Below are positions 1-12,353 of a stretch of 64,000 nucleotides of DNA, in pieces. The stretch comes from Alloascoidea hylecoeti (taxonomy: Eukaryota). Location of the stretch: assembly GCA_001600815.1 (NCBI GenBank), contig BCKZ01000001.1, positions 726,613 to 790,612 on the forward strand, in the 5' to 3' direction. The translations under genes were made by a program, and so were the position numbers. Numbering within the stretch: position 1 is the first letter of the stretch; each line of letters opens with the position of its first letter. The notes under the pieces were generated by a model, which did no database searches, was not told the origin of the DNA, and saw nothing but the letters and a program-made list of their open reading frames with translations.

Positions 1-403
1 TTTGAATATTAAACCCAAATATATGCGGGTAAACTATAAAAGGTAATCCAAGATTTGACTTTGAGGAATATAGAATACAACAGTTTTTCGAAAGCGAATT
101 AGAAAATTAGAAACCTATTTGATAATATTTTTATAAATTATTTATAATTACATAAGTAACATAATAGTTTTAATTGGCCATTTATATCAACTTATTATTT
201 TTTCCATGTGATAGAAATTACTAAGAAACTTTAATAAGCGTTTTTTAGTTCGTTCTACAGATTGAAGCCTAGATATTCCAGAGTATGAAAATAGTTCTTG
301 ATTTCGAATAAACCTCGCTAAATCCCTAATCAATTTTCGATCTACACTCTAAATAATGTTTAACAAACATGTCTAAGGCGTATGTACCCGTGATAGCCGT
401 ACA

Positions 404-2866
404 TTATTCCATATACATTGATTCTGAATTAAAAATAGTTTCATAAGGATCATGCCTATAAGATTTCCCAATAAACTTATTAATTATTTTAGAAGTATCA
501 CCGTTTTTAATTTCAACCATTTCCAATTCATGTTCCTTTGTGATTTCCATGGTTTCATTATATTCTTTAAACAATTCTTTATTATCACAGATAGCTTTAA
601 TTTTATAATTTCCCTTTTCATCAAAATATTCATTGTTTATAACATCATATTTTTTAATTAAATCATCAACTACACGAGAAAGTTGGGTTGGTAAACCACA
701 ATATTTTGTTGATACCCAAAGTCTTAAATGATTAATGAAATTATAGTGTTTATAGTGTTTATTATCAGTCTCTGGATATTCTTTTTTTAAAATTTGTGAA
801 TATGAATTTGGTATATATGATTCGGTTCCTTCAAAAAATGTTTTCCTTAACGGTGATAATTGTTGTAAAGTGTAAAAATGATGGTTTTTACAATTATAGT
901 AATTATTTTCATTTTCATTTTCATTTTCATTCTCTTTTGTTACTTCACCCTTTCCGAAGATTCTTGTAATTAAATTTGAAGGTTTCTGTTCCTCATTAGT
1001 ATCATCATCATCGTTACTTTTCTTTGAATTCTTTTTTGGTTTAGTTTTGTTAATTATTTTCTTATGCTCATCAGGGACTGCGTTTGTTAATGCCAGGCCA
1101 GTGATATCAATATATGATCCAGATAAAGTATCAATAAATCTTGCATCTATTAAATTTCTCCCATTACCACGGGTTCTATGAACATAAGCCTCGCCAACTT
1201 CCAATAAATATCGACCACTTCCTTCTCTTGGATCTTCAATTATTAAGGAATTATTGAAATTTCTTGATAAATAGTCTAAGTGTGTAATTGGCATTTGAAC
1301 ATCAGCATCAGTATCCCAAGGCATTGTCATACCATTCCAATACCATCCTAATAATGAACCATGAGCGATCCAGGTTGAAAGACCCTCATTCATTGTAAAT
1401 TTCAACCATGTTCTTAACATGTGAGATATCATTGCTTTATGATCTCCACGATTGTTTATAATTGTTTTATAAAATCTCCAATCACAATGTGATCCATATT
1501 CATTAAAACCTCTAATATCAACCTCATGAAAATGTTTTGAGTCCCTTAATTGACTTACTCTCTTTATTCTATCGAGAAATTCACGATGGTGTTGTATTTC
1601 AGGGGTTAATTGATTTTCAGGGATTTCATTATATTTTTTGGATTGTTCTTCAATATCATAGATGAAATCTTCATGTTTTAAAATAGTTGTATTAAGATTA
1701 GGTTTATCAAATTCATTATGTGTATTAAATAATGAATCGTCATGATTATTTGTTTCGGAAATAAACTGATCCATTGCTTTTGAAGCTTCATCATAATTAT
1801 AATCATTTGGTTGTGATTGTAAATTTTCATCCATATCATTTGGATATTCACTATCCTTTGACTTGTTTGAAATTTTAACTTTATAATTTTTCTCATTTGT
1901 TACAAATATTAATCGTGATGGAATTTTAGTTTCTTTAAAAGCAAGATATAAATCACCTCTAAAACTTTTCATTTTAGCAATTTCTTTACGATCCCAATTT
2001 GATACTTTAACAGGAAGACTAAATTCATTCAAATCAATATCATTATTTATTATGTTTTGTAACTTGTTTAATGAAGCTTCTGATTTTTTTTGTAAGTTTA
2101 AATACGATGGTCTGAATATTCCGATGATTTTAGATATTATGGAGTTTGTTGGAGAGTTCGTTAAAGAAACTTTATCGACGTCAAAGTATAAATTTTTATT
2201 TAAAAATGGCATTAATAGAGTTAAATCAACCCAATCTTTCCAATAAAATTTCACTTCTGGTAAAGATAATTGTTCATGATCATCCTTTTTATTGGTCGTA
2301 ATAGTTGTTGTTTTTAATTTCATCCAATTAAGATAGTTTTTAACTGCACTTCTAGAATCAAATCTGAATCCATCATTATCATGTTTTGTATTTCTAATAT
2401 GTGTCAAAAAGCTTAAAAAATCTTTAATGTCTTCAAATTTAGCAGCATTTATAACCTCCTTTTCCTTCATTGATAAATCAGTACCGGAACCGAAACTTGA
2501 AAGTTCTTTAGCATTAATTAAGGTTGTTTCAACCATACCGGGTGATGATCTGAATTGAGAAAGTAAGTCAAAATCAGGCACATATTCCGCGTTTCGTAGA
2601 TTCTTAAATGCTAAGCCATCCGAATCTGAATTTGGAGGAACATCGCTGACGGTTGATGGATTTATATTTAGTAAGAATAAGTCCAAGAAACCAAATATTG
2701 TTAGGAATAGTAGAACTAATAAGATTACACGTAAGGGTCTTTTAGGTATGCCGCAATGATGTAAACTGATTGACTTTAATTTTTGCTTGAACTTTAAAAT
2801 CGGTGAAGATGGCGATGGAGGTGGAGAAGGTGTAAGTCTAGGGCGATACTGGTACCTTGGATACAT
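404..2866 (-). CDS. MNN4: MNN4-like LicD-family mannosylphosphorylation protein (type II Golgi membrane protein)
   Basis: 820-aa ORF with one N-terminal TM segment. LicD/Mnn4 motifs: F.W.DWVDL, KHFHEV...GSHCDWRFY, TWIAHGSLLGWYWNGMTMPWDTDADVQM, NLIDARFIDTLSGSYIDITGLA, YNCKNHHFY..LSPLRKTFFEG. Confidence 0.85.
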   Translation of the reverse strand: MYPRYQYRPRLTPSPPPSPSSPILKFKQKLKSISLHHCGIPKRPLRVILLVLLFLTIFGFLDLFLLNINPSTVSDVPPNSDSDGLAFKNLRNAEYVPDFDLLSQFRSSPGMVETTLINAKELSSFGSGTDLSMKEKEVINAAKFEDIKDFLSFLTHIRNTKHDNDGFRFDSRSAVKNYLNWMKLKTTTITTNKKDDHEQLSLPEVKFYWKDWVDLTLLMPFLNKNLYFDVDKVSLTNSPTNSIISKIIGIFRPSYLNLQKKSEASLNKLQNIINNDIDLNEFSLPVKVSNWDRKEIAKMKSFRGDLYLAFKETKIPSRLIFVTNEKNYKVKISNKSKDSEYPNDMDENLQSQPNDYNYDEASKAMDQFISETNNHDDSLFNTHNEFDKPNLNTTILKHEDFIYDIEEQSKKYNEIPENQLTPEIQHHREFLDRIKRVSQLRDSKHFHEVDIRGFNEYGSHCDWRFYKTIINNRGDHKAMISHMLRTWLKFTMNEGLSTWIAHGSLLGWYWNGMTMPWDTDADVQMPITHLDYLSRNFNNSLIIEDPREGSGRYLLEVGEAYVHRTRGNGRNLIDARFIDTLSGSYIDITGLALTNAVPDEHKKIINKTKPKKNSKKSNDDDDTNEEQKPSNLITRIFGKGEVTKENENENENENNYYNCKNHHFYTLQQLSPLRKTFFEGTESYIPNSYSQILKKEYPETDNKHYKHYNFINHLRLWVSTKYCGLPTQLSRVVDDLIKKYDVINNEYFDEKGNYKIKAICDNKELFKEYNETMEITKEHELEMVEIKNGDTSKIINKFIGKSYRHDPYETIFNSESMYME

Positions 2867-3025
2867 ATCAGGACGAAGTCAAAAATACAAAAGAACTAAA
2901 AAGACTAAAAAAGGGCTGAGAGGAAAAAAGACTGAGGAAGAGACTAAAATTGAAATGTTTTATGACGGTTAAATTCAAATATTTTAGGTACTTATTTCTA
3001 CATCGAAATTATGCAATATTATATT

Positions 3026-4005
3026 TTAAGCCGACAAAATATCCTCCAAAAACACGACTCCGCGAACAGAAGGCTTCACGAGTCCCTCAACTCCACTTTT
3101 GGCGACCTGTTGTACGCTGACAGTCGGCCGCACGACCCCTTTCAATCCGCACTCAGTCGCTGAATGTGCTGTTTGCACAACTTTATTCAGCACATTTCTT
3201 GGGCTGATTTCCCCATCTTCTTCATCATACATAAATCCAGGCCTCAAGAAAATCGATCGAAGATTAGAAAGCTGGGATATCTGGGACTCAGCCTCTCTTT
3301 TACTCTTGATGTATCCGAGAGGAACTCCAGGAAACCCTCGATCTGCTGAGACATATACTAATGGTTGTTCGATGGCTTTGGACTTGGAAATATCGTTGTA
3401 AAGCTTAGCCAATATAATCGCTGTTATGTTCAAGGGTGTCAGTATAACGTTTATAATATTTAGAGTTAAAAAAAAAGAAGAAACTTACCAGAATCGCGAT
3501 TAACCCTCTCGTATGAAGAACTCTTCTCTGTATTTAAAGGATTTCTGTTCCCCAACAGAGCATCAAACAACTTCATTGGAGTCGACAATGATAATGGAGA
3601 TGACAAAACAGACTTGTAGTCATTTTCCAGTAAAATCCCAATTGAATGAACCACAGCATTTGCAGTTTCAAGATCTTCTTTGTACGTTTCGGGATCAAAC
3701 ACATCAGCGGCTTTCCAATTCACTTTGGAAAGTGCAGAAACAGCTGAAATTGGAGTTTTTGAAGAAAAGTTTGGAATTTTTCCAGAACGACTGAATTGTA
3801 TGTTAGATATACATCTCTATATAAATATATATTGTGATAACGTACGAGATGGAGGTGACTTTCCAACCAGATTCAATCGCTCTTTGACATATACTTCGTC
3901 CTGTACCAGTTAGTTAGTATATCGAAGCCAATTATCTGTTTAATACATATAAATACCTAGCAGGCCATTTCCACCAAAAACAACGAGAGATTTCGCCAAA
4001 CTCAT
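3026..4005 (-). CDS. COQ11: COQ11-like NAD-dependent epimerase/SDR-family protein, 4 exons (266 aa)
   Basis: Spliced by hand. Exons 4005-3957, 3900-3846, 3790-3489 and 3420-3026 total 801 nt in frame; GT..AG introns at 3901-3956, 3791-3845 and 3421-3488. Product has the Rossmann motif LVVFGGNGLLGRSIC..AI..GW.V.S.SRSG, plus AVVHSIGILLE.DYK, Y..VNRDSA, YIKSKREAE and LRPGFMY. Confidence 0.85.
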
Positions 4006-4170
4006 AATAATAATTAATATTAGTCCTATACGTCAAATAAATAAATATCTTTATGGAGGTTTATATATTACCCGGACTCGATTCGTGTCTGAATAATTTG
4101 AAAATTGAAATTTTTAGTATTAATAAACATCAAATATCAAATATCAAATATCAAATATTTGGAATTGGAA

Positions 4171-6288
4171 ATGCTTCCACGGATACGATATTCTAAGAGA
4201 TATGGCTTTAATATAGCGAAAAGTCAATTTAAAGGAGCTCAATTATCACACACTACTACTATAATTACACCCAGTAGGACAAATTTTCTACGTCGCTATA
4301 GCAAGGTTTCTGATGATATTCTAATAACTATTAAAAAATTATTAGTTGAAAATGGCACTTCTTCTCAATTACAATTACATTCACAGTTAAAATCCTTAAA
4401 AATTCCCCAGAGCAACTATGAAAAAGAAGGATATTCGAAGGAAGCCATTATAAGTACTGAGATAATGGATTCACTAATTACAAATCTCAATTACAATAAC
4501 GATCCACAAATTTTATATGATTTATATGAGAAACTTTTAATTTTAAATACTAATGGAGAAATAAGACTAAGAGATTCAACTGATACTGAAAATTTTCTAC
4601 CTTTTATTTATCCACGACTAGTTTCGGAATTTCTTAAATATGATGATGAGAAAAGCTATAGCTTTGCTCTAAAAATATGCAATAATGTTGAAAAAATCTA
4701 TAATTCAATTCCAAATACAAATAAAGAACAAAAAAGATCTTTGATTGAAATTGAGAAAGCATTAAGAGATATCTATATCAATCTTCTTATTTATAATGCT
4801 CCAAAAACATACTCCAACTCAATTCAATATGAATTTAAAATAAAAAATAAGTTAAATAAATCAAAAACAAATTTAAATAATAAATTAAATTCAAAAACTT
4901 ATGAATCATTAATTGAATATAATCCTGAAAGAAATTATACTAATATTGAATTATTAACAAAAGCAAAAAATGAAAATGAAAATATTAATTGTTCATTATT
5001 TTTATATTTAAAAGTATTTGAAAAAATATTCAATTCCAGTTCAAACTCAAAGTTTGTTGATACTCATAATAAGACGGGAAATTATAGTATTGATTTTATT
5101 GAAAATAAAGAAGATTTAGAAAGTATAAATTTAAACCCTGATGAACAAAAAATAATCATAATAAAAAGATTAAAGAATTCTTTTGAATTATTAAAAGAAG
5201 CAACCATTAAATTCAATAATAATGATCAAGAAATAAATCAATTAGAAATTTATCATAACAAATTTTTAATCTTTTTATATAAATACTTACCTGATTTTAT
5301 CAATTATAATAAAATTGAAATTGGAAATGAGCATGAGAATGAGAAGGTGAATGATATATTTATTAAAGATTTATTTAAATTTTACTTAGATTCATCATCA
5401 TGTCAAAAGAAACTAACTACTAAACTCTTCCCTAATTTTTTAAAATATTTAATTGAATCAACAAATGATGATAAATCAATTTCTAATTTTTATTCTTTAA
5501 TGGTTAAAAATTCAATATCCATATCTCCATCATCACTAAATATTATAAATGGTTTAATTTTACCCTTATCAAAACATGAAGATAATGATATTTTTAATGA
5601 GTTTGTTTCAAATTTTAAATTGAATGAATCAAATGATTTAAAAATAATTTCAAATTTAATTTATTCATTTGGAATAATTAAAAAAGATTTTAAAAAATCA
5701 TGGTTTATTTTTAAAGATCATATATCTGAATCTAAATCTAAATCCCAATCTGATTCTAAATCTCAATCTCAATCTCAATTACAACAACTACAAAAAGAAA
5801 AGAAATTAATCATTTTAAATATAATCCAAGTCTTAATTTATAATAATAAAATAGGTCTTGCCGAAAGATTATCAATTCTTTCATTTTTAAATGATGATAT
5901 AAATGTTTTAAAAATGTTTATTTTATCTAAATCACTAAATAATCCAGATGATGCTTTAGAATTTTTCAATTTAATTTTCAAATCTCAAATGGTTAATGAT
6001 TCAAATTCTGTATTAATAGAAGCTATTATTTTAGGATATCTGGGTAATAATCAACTTGAATTTGCCCAACTTATCTTTGAAAAGGCACGAATTTCTGATA
6101 ATGGGAAAGATAATTTAAGAATAGTTGCTATTAAAAATATGTTTAAACATTTTGGTGATTTAGTAGAAAAATCTAAAGGAACAGTTGAAAAAGAAAATGC
6201 AGGATCCCATAATCATGATCAAACTCTCAAAGATCTATTGAATCAATGGGTCAAACAGCAAATCTCAGAACCTATAACTATAATTTAG
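4171..6288 (+). CDS. Putative mitochondrial helical-repeat (PPR-like) protein
   Basis: Long open frame. The first ATG is at 4171 (the ORF-track start at 4105 is TTG). The Arg-rich, acid-free N-terminus resembles a mitochondrial presequence. C-terminal helical repeats such as LIEAIILGYLGNNQLEFAQLIFEKA resemble PPR motifs. Orthologue not recognised. Confidence 0.55.
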   Translation: MLPRIRYSKRYGFNIAKSQFKGAQLSHTTTIITPSRTNFLRRYSKVSDDILITIKKLLVENGTSSQLQLHSQLKSLKIPQSNYEKEGYSKEAIISTEIMDSLITNLNYNNDPQILYDLYEKLLILNTNGEIRLRDSTDTENFLPFIYPRLVSEFLKYDDEKSYSFALKICNNVEKIYNSIPNTNKEQKRSLIEIEKALRDIYINLLIYNAPKTYSNSIQYEFKIKNKLNKSKTNLNNKLNSKTYESLIEYNPERNYTNIELLTKAKNENENINCSLFLYLKVFEKIFNSSSNSKFVDTHNKTGNYSIDFIENKEDLESINLNPDEQKIIIIKRLKNSFELLKEATIKFNNNDQEINQLEIYHNKFLIFLYKYLPDFINYNKIEIGNEHENEKVNDIFIKDLFKFYLDSSSCQKKLTTKLFPNFLKYLIESTNDDKSISNFYSLMVKNSISISPSSLNIINGLILPLSKHEDNDIFNEFVSNFKLNESNDLKIISNLIYSFGIIKKDFKKSWFIFKDHISESKSKSQSDSKSQSQSQLQQLQKEKKLIILNIIQVLIYNNKIGLAERLSILSFLNDDINVLKMFILSKSLNNPDDALEFFNLIFKSQMVNDSNSVLIEAIILGYLGNNQLEFAQLIFEKARISDNGKDNLRIVAIKNMFKHFGDLVEKSKGTVEKENAGSHNHDQTLKDLLNQWVKQQISEPITII

Positions 6289-8242
6289 TAACACTTAATT
6301 TGTTAATCTTTTTATGTTTCCTATGTGATGATTAAAAAAACTAGAGTAACGATCTTATACTTGCAAATTTATTTATAAGCCATTACTTAATTCATCCAAG
6401 TACAGGATAAACAAAATTAAATAAAATTGTAAATATCTCAATGAATCTCATTATAATTATAGCGCTATCTCTGTACAAGTCGGCCATATCTGTTTAAGTT
6501 GAATTCGTGACTATTCATAATGAATTTCGCAAACTAATTCGTTTTCTGTAAAAAAAAAAAAAGATTAATCGTTTGTTGAAAATGCTTGAAATTCTTCAGG
6601 CACACATTTTTTTGGGAGTTTATATATGGCACTCTTTTTAGTAAGAATATTTGTACTGCATAGTACCTGTTTATTATATCAATAAATACGTTAAAACATA
6701 CTTTTATACGTGATCACTGATCACTGATCACGCGTATACGTATTTCCCTGGAAATTAAAGTTTGCCATTATATAATATCATATATATTGATCATATATTT
6801 CAATTCTATATTCCAATAGAAGCATTGAGGTTCAGGCTGGTGACCGTTAATGTTTGGTCCAATATGAAATGGTAATTACCCTTGACGATAATCAGATGGA
6901 AGCCTAGACGTAGGGCTTTCGACTTCATTAATATAATCTCCAAATGGAGTACTCTAGTATAGTATGATCTATGACTTGTCCAGCTAATAATAAAACTGTA
7001 GCTGTACTACCAGATAATGGAATATGAGTTGCAAGCGCTACTGCTTACTCCCAAAGCCAATCACACAATTCGCTGGTTTTATTTATTAGAGATCGAGCTT
7101 GACTTCTAATTGAGCTGATTCTTTTCTTTTTCCGTTTACTTTTATTTTCTGATATTCTTTTTATTTTTATTTATTTGAGTTTTTTGTTTTCTTTAATCTT
7201 TAAAATTTGTTTTCTTCTTCTTTTTATTTTGTTTTCTTTTTCTTTCCAGTTTTGTTTCCTTGGACCCGGTTTATCCCTATTGTTGAAAGGCCTTCCCAAT
7301 ACTGACGTGGATCACCCAGATTGGGGGACTAATTAAGTTTTATTCAGAGTCCGTGACATTGGGTGAAAGTCCTAAAGAAATATTCATTACAGAAATAAGC
7401 AGCACCAGTTATTTAGCTAATCACGTTTAATACCTGAGCCCAGCCACGATTAGGATCTTTGATTTAAAATGGATCCAAAGTTTCCAAACACAAACGTGCC
7501 AAAATACCTCCGTGCACCCCAAGTGCCCATGAATTTTTTAATATTCATGGATGATCAATCTGTTTACGCATTCATGCATATGTTAAAATCTTCTGAAATT
7601 TTTTTAAAATAGCTGTAAATGAATTAAAGAAAATATCACTCAATTACAACGTTTGATTAGCTTAATTGAATTGATATAACATGAAACAAATTAAGTATAG
7701 TTTATCATTTGATCAATTGGAAATGTTGATACCTTGCAACGTATGGTATGGGTTATATGCATAACAATTATACGACAAAAATGAAAGTTGAGATAACGTC
7801 AAATTGAAATTATTTAATTATTATAATAACAAAAGGAAAAAGAATATTTGCGTATGCTGCGAGTCACTAAAAATGAACAACTTTTTATTCCCTACCTAAA
7901 TTTTGCTCTCCGAAGAGTATGCATGGGACTCTACTTACTGAGCATCTCCGCATACGCCGTGAGAAAATATCTCAGAATGCTTATGCACACACTCTTCTGG
8001 AAAAGGTAAGCTGTAAACCCTACTCCTTAGGTATTTGTATGAAAACTACAGGCTACACACTACATAGTAAAGAAATAGGGACAACATATTTGACAAAGAA
8101 GTGCAAACATTTAGTCTGAAGCGACAAGACTTACATTTGCCGTACCTTCTGTGGTCTTTAATACTTCTTACGTATAAATGAAGTAATTTTGGTTTTGTGG
8201 TCACATTTTGCGCGAGGGGTACCGGTGTTTAAATATAATTAA

Positions 8243-8335
8243 TGTTGGATATATATTACACTCTTAGAACAGTTCACTAAAGAGTCGATTGGCTTTTTGG
8301 CGCAACTGGGAGAACAGGCACTTTGAACTTTAACA
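8243..8335 (+). mobile_element. Very short (93 bp) solo-LTR-like element, copy A, with perfect 5-bp TSD ATTAA
   Basis: Begins TGTTGG and ends TAACA. Flanked by ATTAA at 8238-8242 and 8336-8340. A near-identical inverted copy lies at 30352-30442. Confidence 0.75.
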
Positions 8336-8800
8336 ATTAATATTCCTAAAAGTTGTTCATTTTCAGTGAACCGCGCCATAGTATGTTTTAGATGATTTTG
8401 ATTCCAATTTTTAATGCTAGCTCTGATCTGGACTAAAATCATGATATATTAATGAAGAAAGTAATTATATAATTATAATTTTAATAAAAAGGTTGAATGA
8501 TCCTTGAATGGAAAACAAAATGAAATGCACAAAGATCTAAATAATAATAATAAATGAAGTTTTAAATTAAAATTAGATCAATGTCAATATATGATATGTC
8601 GATGATAACAGCCGAAGATCTAAAATATATAATAAATCAGTAAAATGATGAATAAATGAATAATAGTAAAGATGAAAAAAAAATTATATATATATATATG
8701 TATATGTATAAATGCATATCTTATAAAATCTTTAAATTCGTACAACCAACTCCAGTTTATTTTTAACTTTTTAAAGAGAAAAGTAATAGGTATAAATAAA

Positions 8801-8855
8801 TAAATATGATAAAATATGATAAAATATGATAAAATATGATAAAATATAATAAAAT
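8801..8855. repeat. 10-bp tandem repeat (AAAATATGAT), about 5 copies
   Basis: Directly visible tandem array. Confidence 0.85.
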
Positions 8856-8997
8856 GAATAAAAGTAAAAGTCATAAGTACAAAAAATAAATATGATTATA
8901 AAAAGTAGAAGGCAAAATGATAACATTTTTTGATATATTGTATACGGTGTAACAAGATGCCAATTATAATTCCAAAAAAAAAGAAACAACAAAAAAG

Positions 8998-10251
8998 TTA
9001 CTCCGAATCCAGTTGATTAGCTCGTTTTCGTACCATTCTAGTCATAAGTTCTTGTCTTTTTTTAACATAGGTAATCTCATCATCATTTGGATTTCTCCAC
9101 TCATTTATAAAAAAAATACCATGACCATCATTACTAATTGAATTTAAAGTTTGACGAGAATCATCATAAACTTTTCCATAATAAATGTCTTGTAAGATCC
9201 AAACGGTTACTATTCGTAGTTCTTCATGGGATTTATTAACTCTTTTTTTCACAGCTCTCATTAAATCCAGAGTATGCGGACAATTTAATTTTTGCTGTGT
9301 ATTGCCAATAATGTTACTAGTTGTTGGGGAAGGAGGAGATGATGAAGAATGGTGACATTCACTTTGAGGATGATCAACTATTGTCCTGATTACCCAAGCA
9401 TTATAGGGAGCCTCGTTATTTGTTTGGTCGTTATAACTTCCACGAACCTTCTTTTTGGCAACAAACAGCATCTTATTACACCTTTTACAACTGTAAGAGA
9501 AGTTTGCGCCCAAACAGCCCCCCGAGACTTTTCTAGAATTCGTATGGATGTCGTTCATTTCTTGGTACGCGGAAGAGTGTCTCGAACGGGTGGTGGGATG
9601 GCCATAAAAAGACTCTCGTGCGTTCTTCAGATCCCGTAGTCCCTTTGCTCTCATTTGGTACAATAAAACCCCGTTTTTGGCCGTAAAATACAACCACATT
9701 GCGAATTTGGCAGCTTCGACCGAATGGAAGTAGTTTCCAGGTTTAAGGTTCAGATTCGACAGACACTTGTGGAACCAACAACGAGTGTTCATATTCGTAT
9801 TTGTAGCCCCTGTAAGCCCTCCAAAAGTGTTCAGGTTAAAGGGGTCAACAAAAGTGCTTTCCACATCCTCGATTCTGGAGGTGGACCTGGAAGCGGAAGT
9901 GGAGGGAGATAACATCTGCATCTGCACCGGAGACTCCGATTTAATCTCACTCTGGGGAGAATAAGTGAAGGAAGTGGAGGGAGAAAGCGAGACGGAGGAT
10001 ATATGGCTGTAGTTGAGGTCCTGGGTATATTCTTGTGAGTAATCCTGGGCATAATCCGTGGGGGCATTGTATAAGTTTGCCGTCACAGGCATGGGCATGG
10101 TCATCGTGGGAGGAGCCATCGCATGGGGAGGGTGCACGTATTGTGAATAGAGCATGCTGTAGTAACTGTCGTTGGCAGCTTGGGGGAAACCACCTTGGGA
10201 GTAGCCGAAGTCAATCATCTTATAACCTGGGAGAAAAAGAATGGCTTCCAT
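8998..10251 (-). CDS. Array paralogue 1: putative Mutator/WRKY-GCM1-like zinc DNA-binding protein
   Basis: 417-aa ORF with a Ser/Pro/Tyr/Met-rich N-terminus. Shared family motifs: RCWFHKC, LKPGNYFHSVEAAKFAMWLYFTAK, ANFSYSCKRC, WVIRTIVDHPQSEC, CPHTLDLM, ILQDIYYGKVYD, LMTRMVRKR. The ORF is secure; the function is inferred. Confidence 0.7.
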   Translation of the reverse strand: MEAILFLPGYKMIDFGYSQGGFPQAANDSYYSMLYSQYVHPPHAMAPPTMTMPMPVTANLYNAPTDYAQDYSQEYTQDLNYSHISSVSLSPSTSFTYSPQSEIKSESPVQMQMLSPSTSASRSTSRIEDVESTFVDPFNLNTFGGLTGATNTNMNTRCWFHKCLSNLNLKPGNYFHSVEAAKFAMWLYFTAKNGVLLYQMRAKGLRDLKNARESFYGHPTTRSRHSSAYQEMNDIHTNSRKVSGGCLGANFSYSCKRCNKMLFVAKKKVRGSYNDQTNNEAPYNAWVIRTIVDHPQSECHHSSSSPPSPTTSNIIGNTQQKLNCPHTLDLMRAVKKRVNKSHEELRIVTVWILQDIYYGKVYDDSRQTLNSISNDGHGIFFINEWRNPNDDEITYVKKRQELMTRMVRKRANQLDSE

Positions 10252-12353
10252 ACGGTGGCACCCCTCTTCTTTTAAATGTTTCCGTTCCTTTCTCTTACCG
10301 TTATTTTAGACTCACAAGAACAGAGGGGGATATTTAATTATAATTATCTGTATGCATCTCTCGTATAAGCACAGCTGATCGCCTACACTGAACAGTGAAC
10401 AATATAAATATTACATATCCGATACATGGCACATGTCTTGTGTGTCTACTTGTGTGAAACAATTGGTGGTTTCGCACCTTTTTTTCTGCGATAGCTCCGC
10501 ACCCCCAGCCGTGGAAGAAGGCCACGCTGGTTGGTTTTCCTGTGAACAAAACGCGGCGTAGTCGAAAACATTATTATTATATCTGATTCATAATCAGTAT
10601 GCACCGTATCATTTGAATGTTTCACTTCTTGCTGCAATTGGACCACCTATTGTTGTATCTAGGGGAGTATTACTAATCGAATTGTATCCGACTCCCCGGC
10701 TTGAAACGTCCAAAAGTGGTGCAACAAAATATATCCAAAAACTACTCATATCGATGGCTAAGATGCCGATATAGTTTGCCTATGTTTATTATATAATACA
10801 CCAACAATGATATTAATCGACGAGGCAATGAAGTGACCATCAATCCCACTAGAATTCCATGGCCCAGAATATTATATAAACGGCTGATGTTTACCACGAT
10901 TTACTACAGCATATCGTATATTACATCTTAAAGCATCCCATATATTATGGTCTCATAAAAATTTATGAATGGTATATTTAGAGGGAAATTATCGCTACAT
11001 TCCACTCGCTCACGTATCGGATTCATCGATATCGATTAAAATTAGAGTCACTATACTATGGACTCGATATTGATAGGTCTAGACTTTTTATCTATTTTCA
11101 CCAATACTAATTATAAATTCGTTTTAATTAATATCAACTATGATTTGTTTATATATATATGTAGAAATATAAATACAAATTCGAATACAAATACAATCAG
11201 GAAAGCCCTTTTTATATATTTTCACAATCGCGATAAGAACATATAACTTATACTCTTATAAGTATATGCATAAACCTGTGTAACTGTATATCTTGGCCTG
11301 CATAATCATCCCTGAGCACTATATAATTATGCACACGGCTCAATTATTAATTTAACCTGAGAATATTGATATAAACGGCTATAGGCATGCACCTCTGTAT
11401 TTTTGATGGGATATATGCCAAGAATGGCCATATCTAGAAATATTACCTAAAAGCACACAATCAATATTAAAATAATAGCATGTAATTGAAGGATGGCATA
11501 ATAGATATTACATAAAGATAATCACTTGTAATTTTTTTTTAATTCTGTAGAATATTTATTAATATTATATAACTTGTAATTGATGCCTTAATAAATAATA
11601 TATTTATTAATTAGTAATGAACACTTTCAAACAGTACTCCGATGCTTTCCCTTGGCCAATGAATCAATGATATTTAAATTGAATGTGCAAGTATTGATAA
11701 CAATTTTAATTAGTTATAATGGATGATTGAATGATGGAAAGCATTTAGAAAGATGAGTGCTTCAATTATTAGTAATCTGTTTTTTTAACTGCGATAAGCA
11801 GAAGACTATTACAGATCTAGATCGCTAGAGAAACCAATGCCACTTGATTTACTATAAATAGAATTTATTTATATGTATATTTTAATATATCTGACCGTTC
11901 TTGAGTTGACCGAATCTGAACCTGATTATATCACTAACATGTGTTTCTCTCTTTTAAAAATATAATTATTTCTGCCAGGTGATATCACCATAGTTCTTTG
12001 CCTATAAATAAGCACTATTTCCTCTCTAGCAAATCTTCAACTAGATTCTCTTTCTGAGTCCTTACAATTTCGACTTAGCTTGGTTTATAATTAAATAAAA
12101 ATAGATCTAGATAAATTATAAAATCATATTGTGAATTAATATAGGTATAATTTTAATATGTAATCAAAAATTTTAATATATTGTGTTAATTGTGGAGAAA
12201 TTTAAAGAAAAGAATCAAAAAGATATAGAGGAATTGAAATGTAATAAAACTTTAATTGATCGTAAGACCTAGTTATAGCTTACTTTCTCACTTGGACAAC
12301 AATTTAATTAATTATGATTTTAACATTTTTCGATTCAATTTTTTTCACTCCAT

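Noticed and set aside
6706..6742. (TGATCAC)x3 within short palindromic flanks
   Set aside because: Too short to distinguish from slippage; no linked gene or second copy seen.
8620..8992. Hydrophobic small ORFs (also 17736-17948 and 33490-33708)
   Set aside because: F/I/Y/L-rich translations of AT-rich terminator or tandem-repeat DNA.
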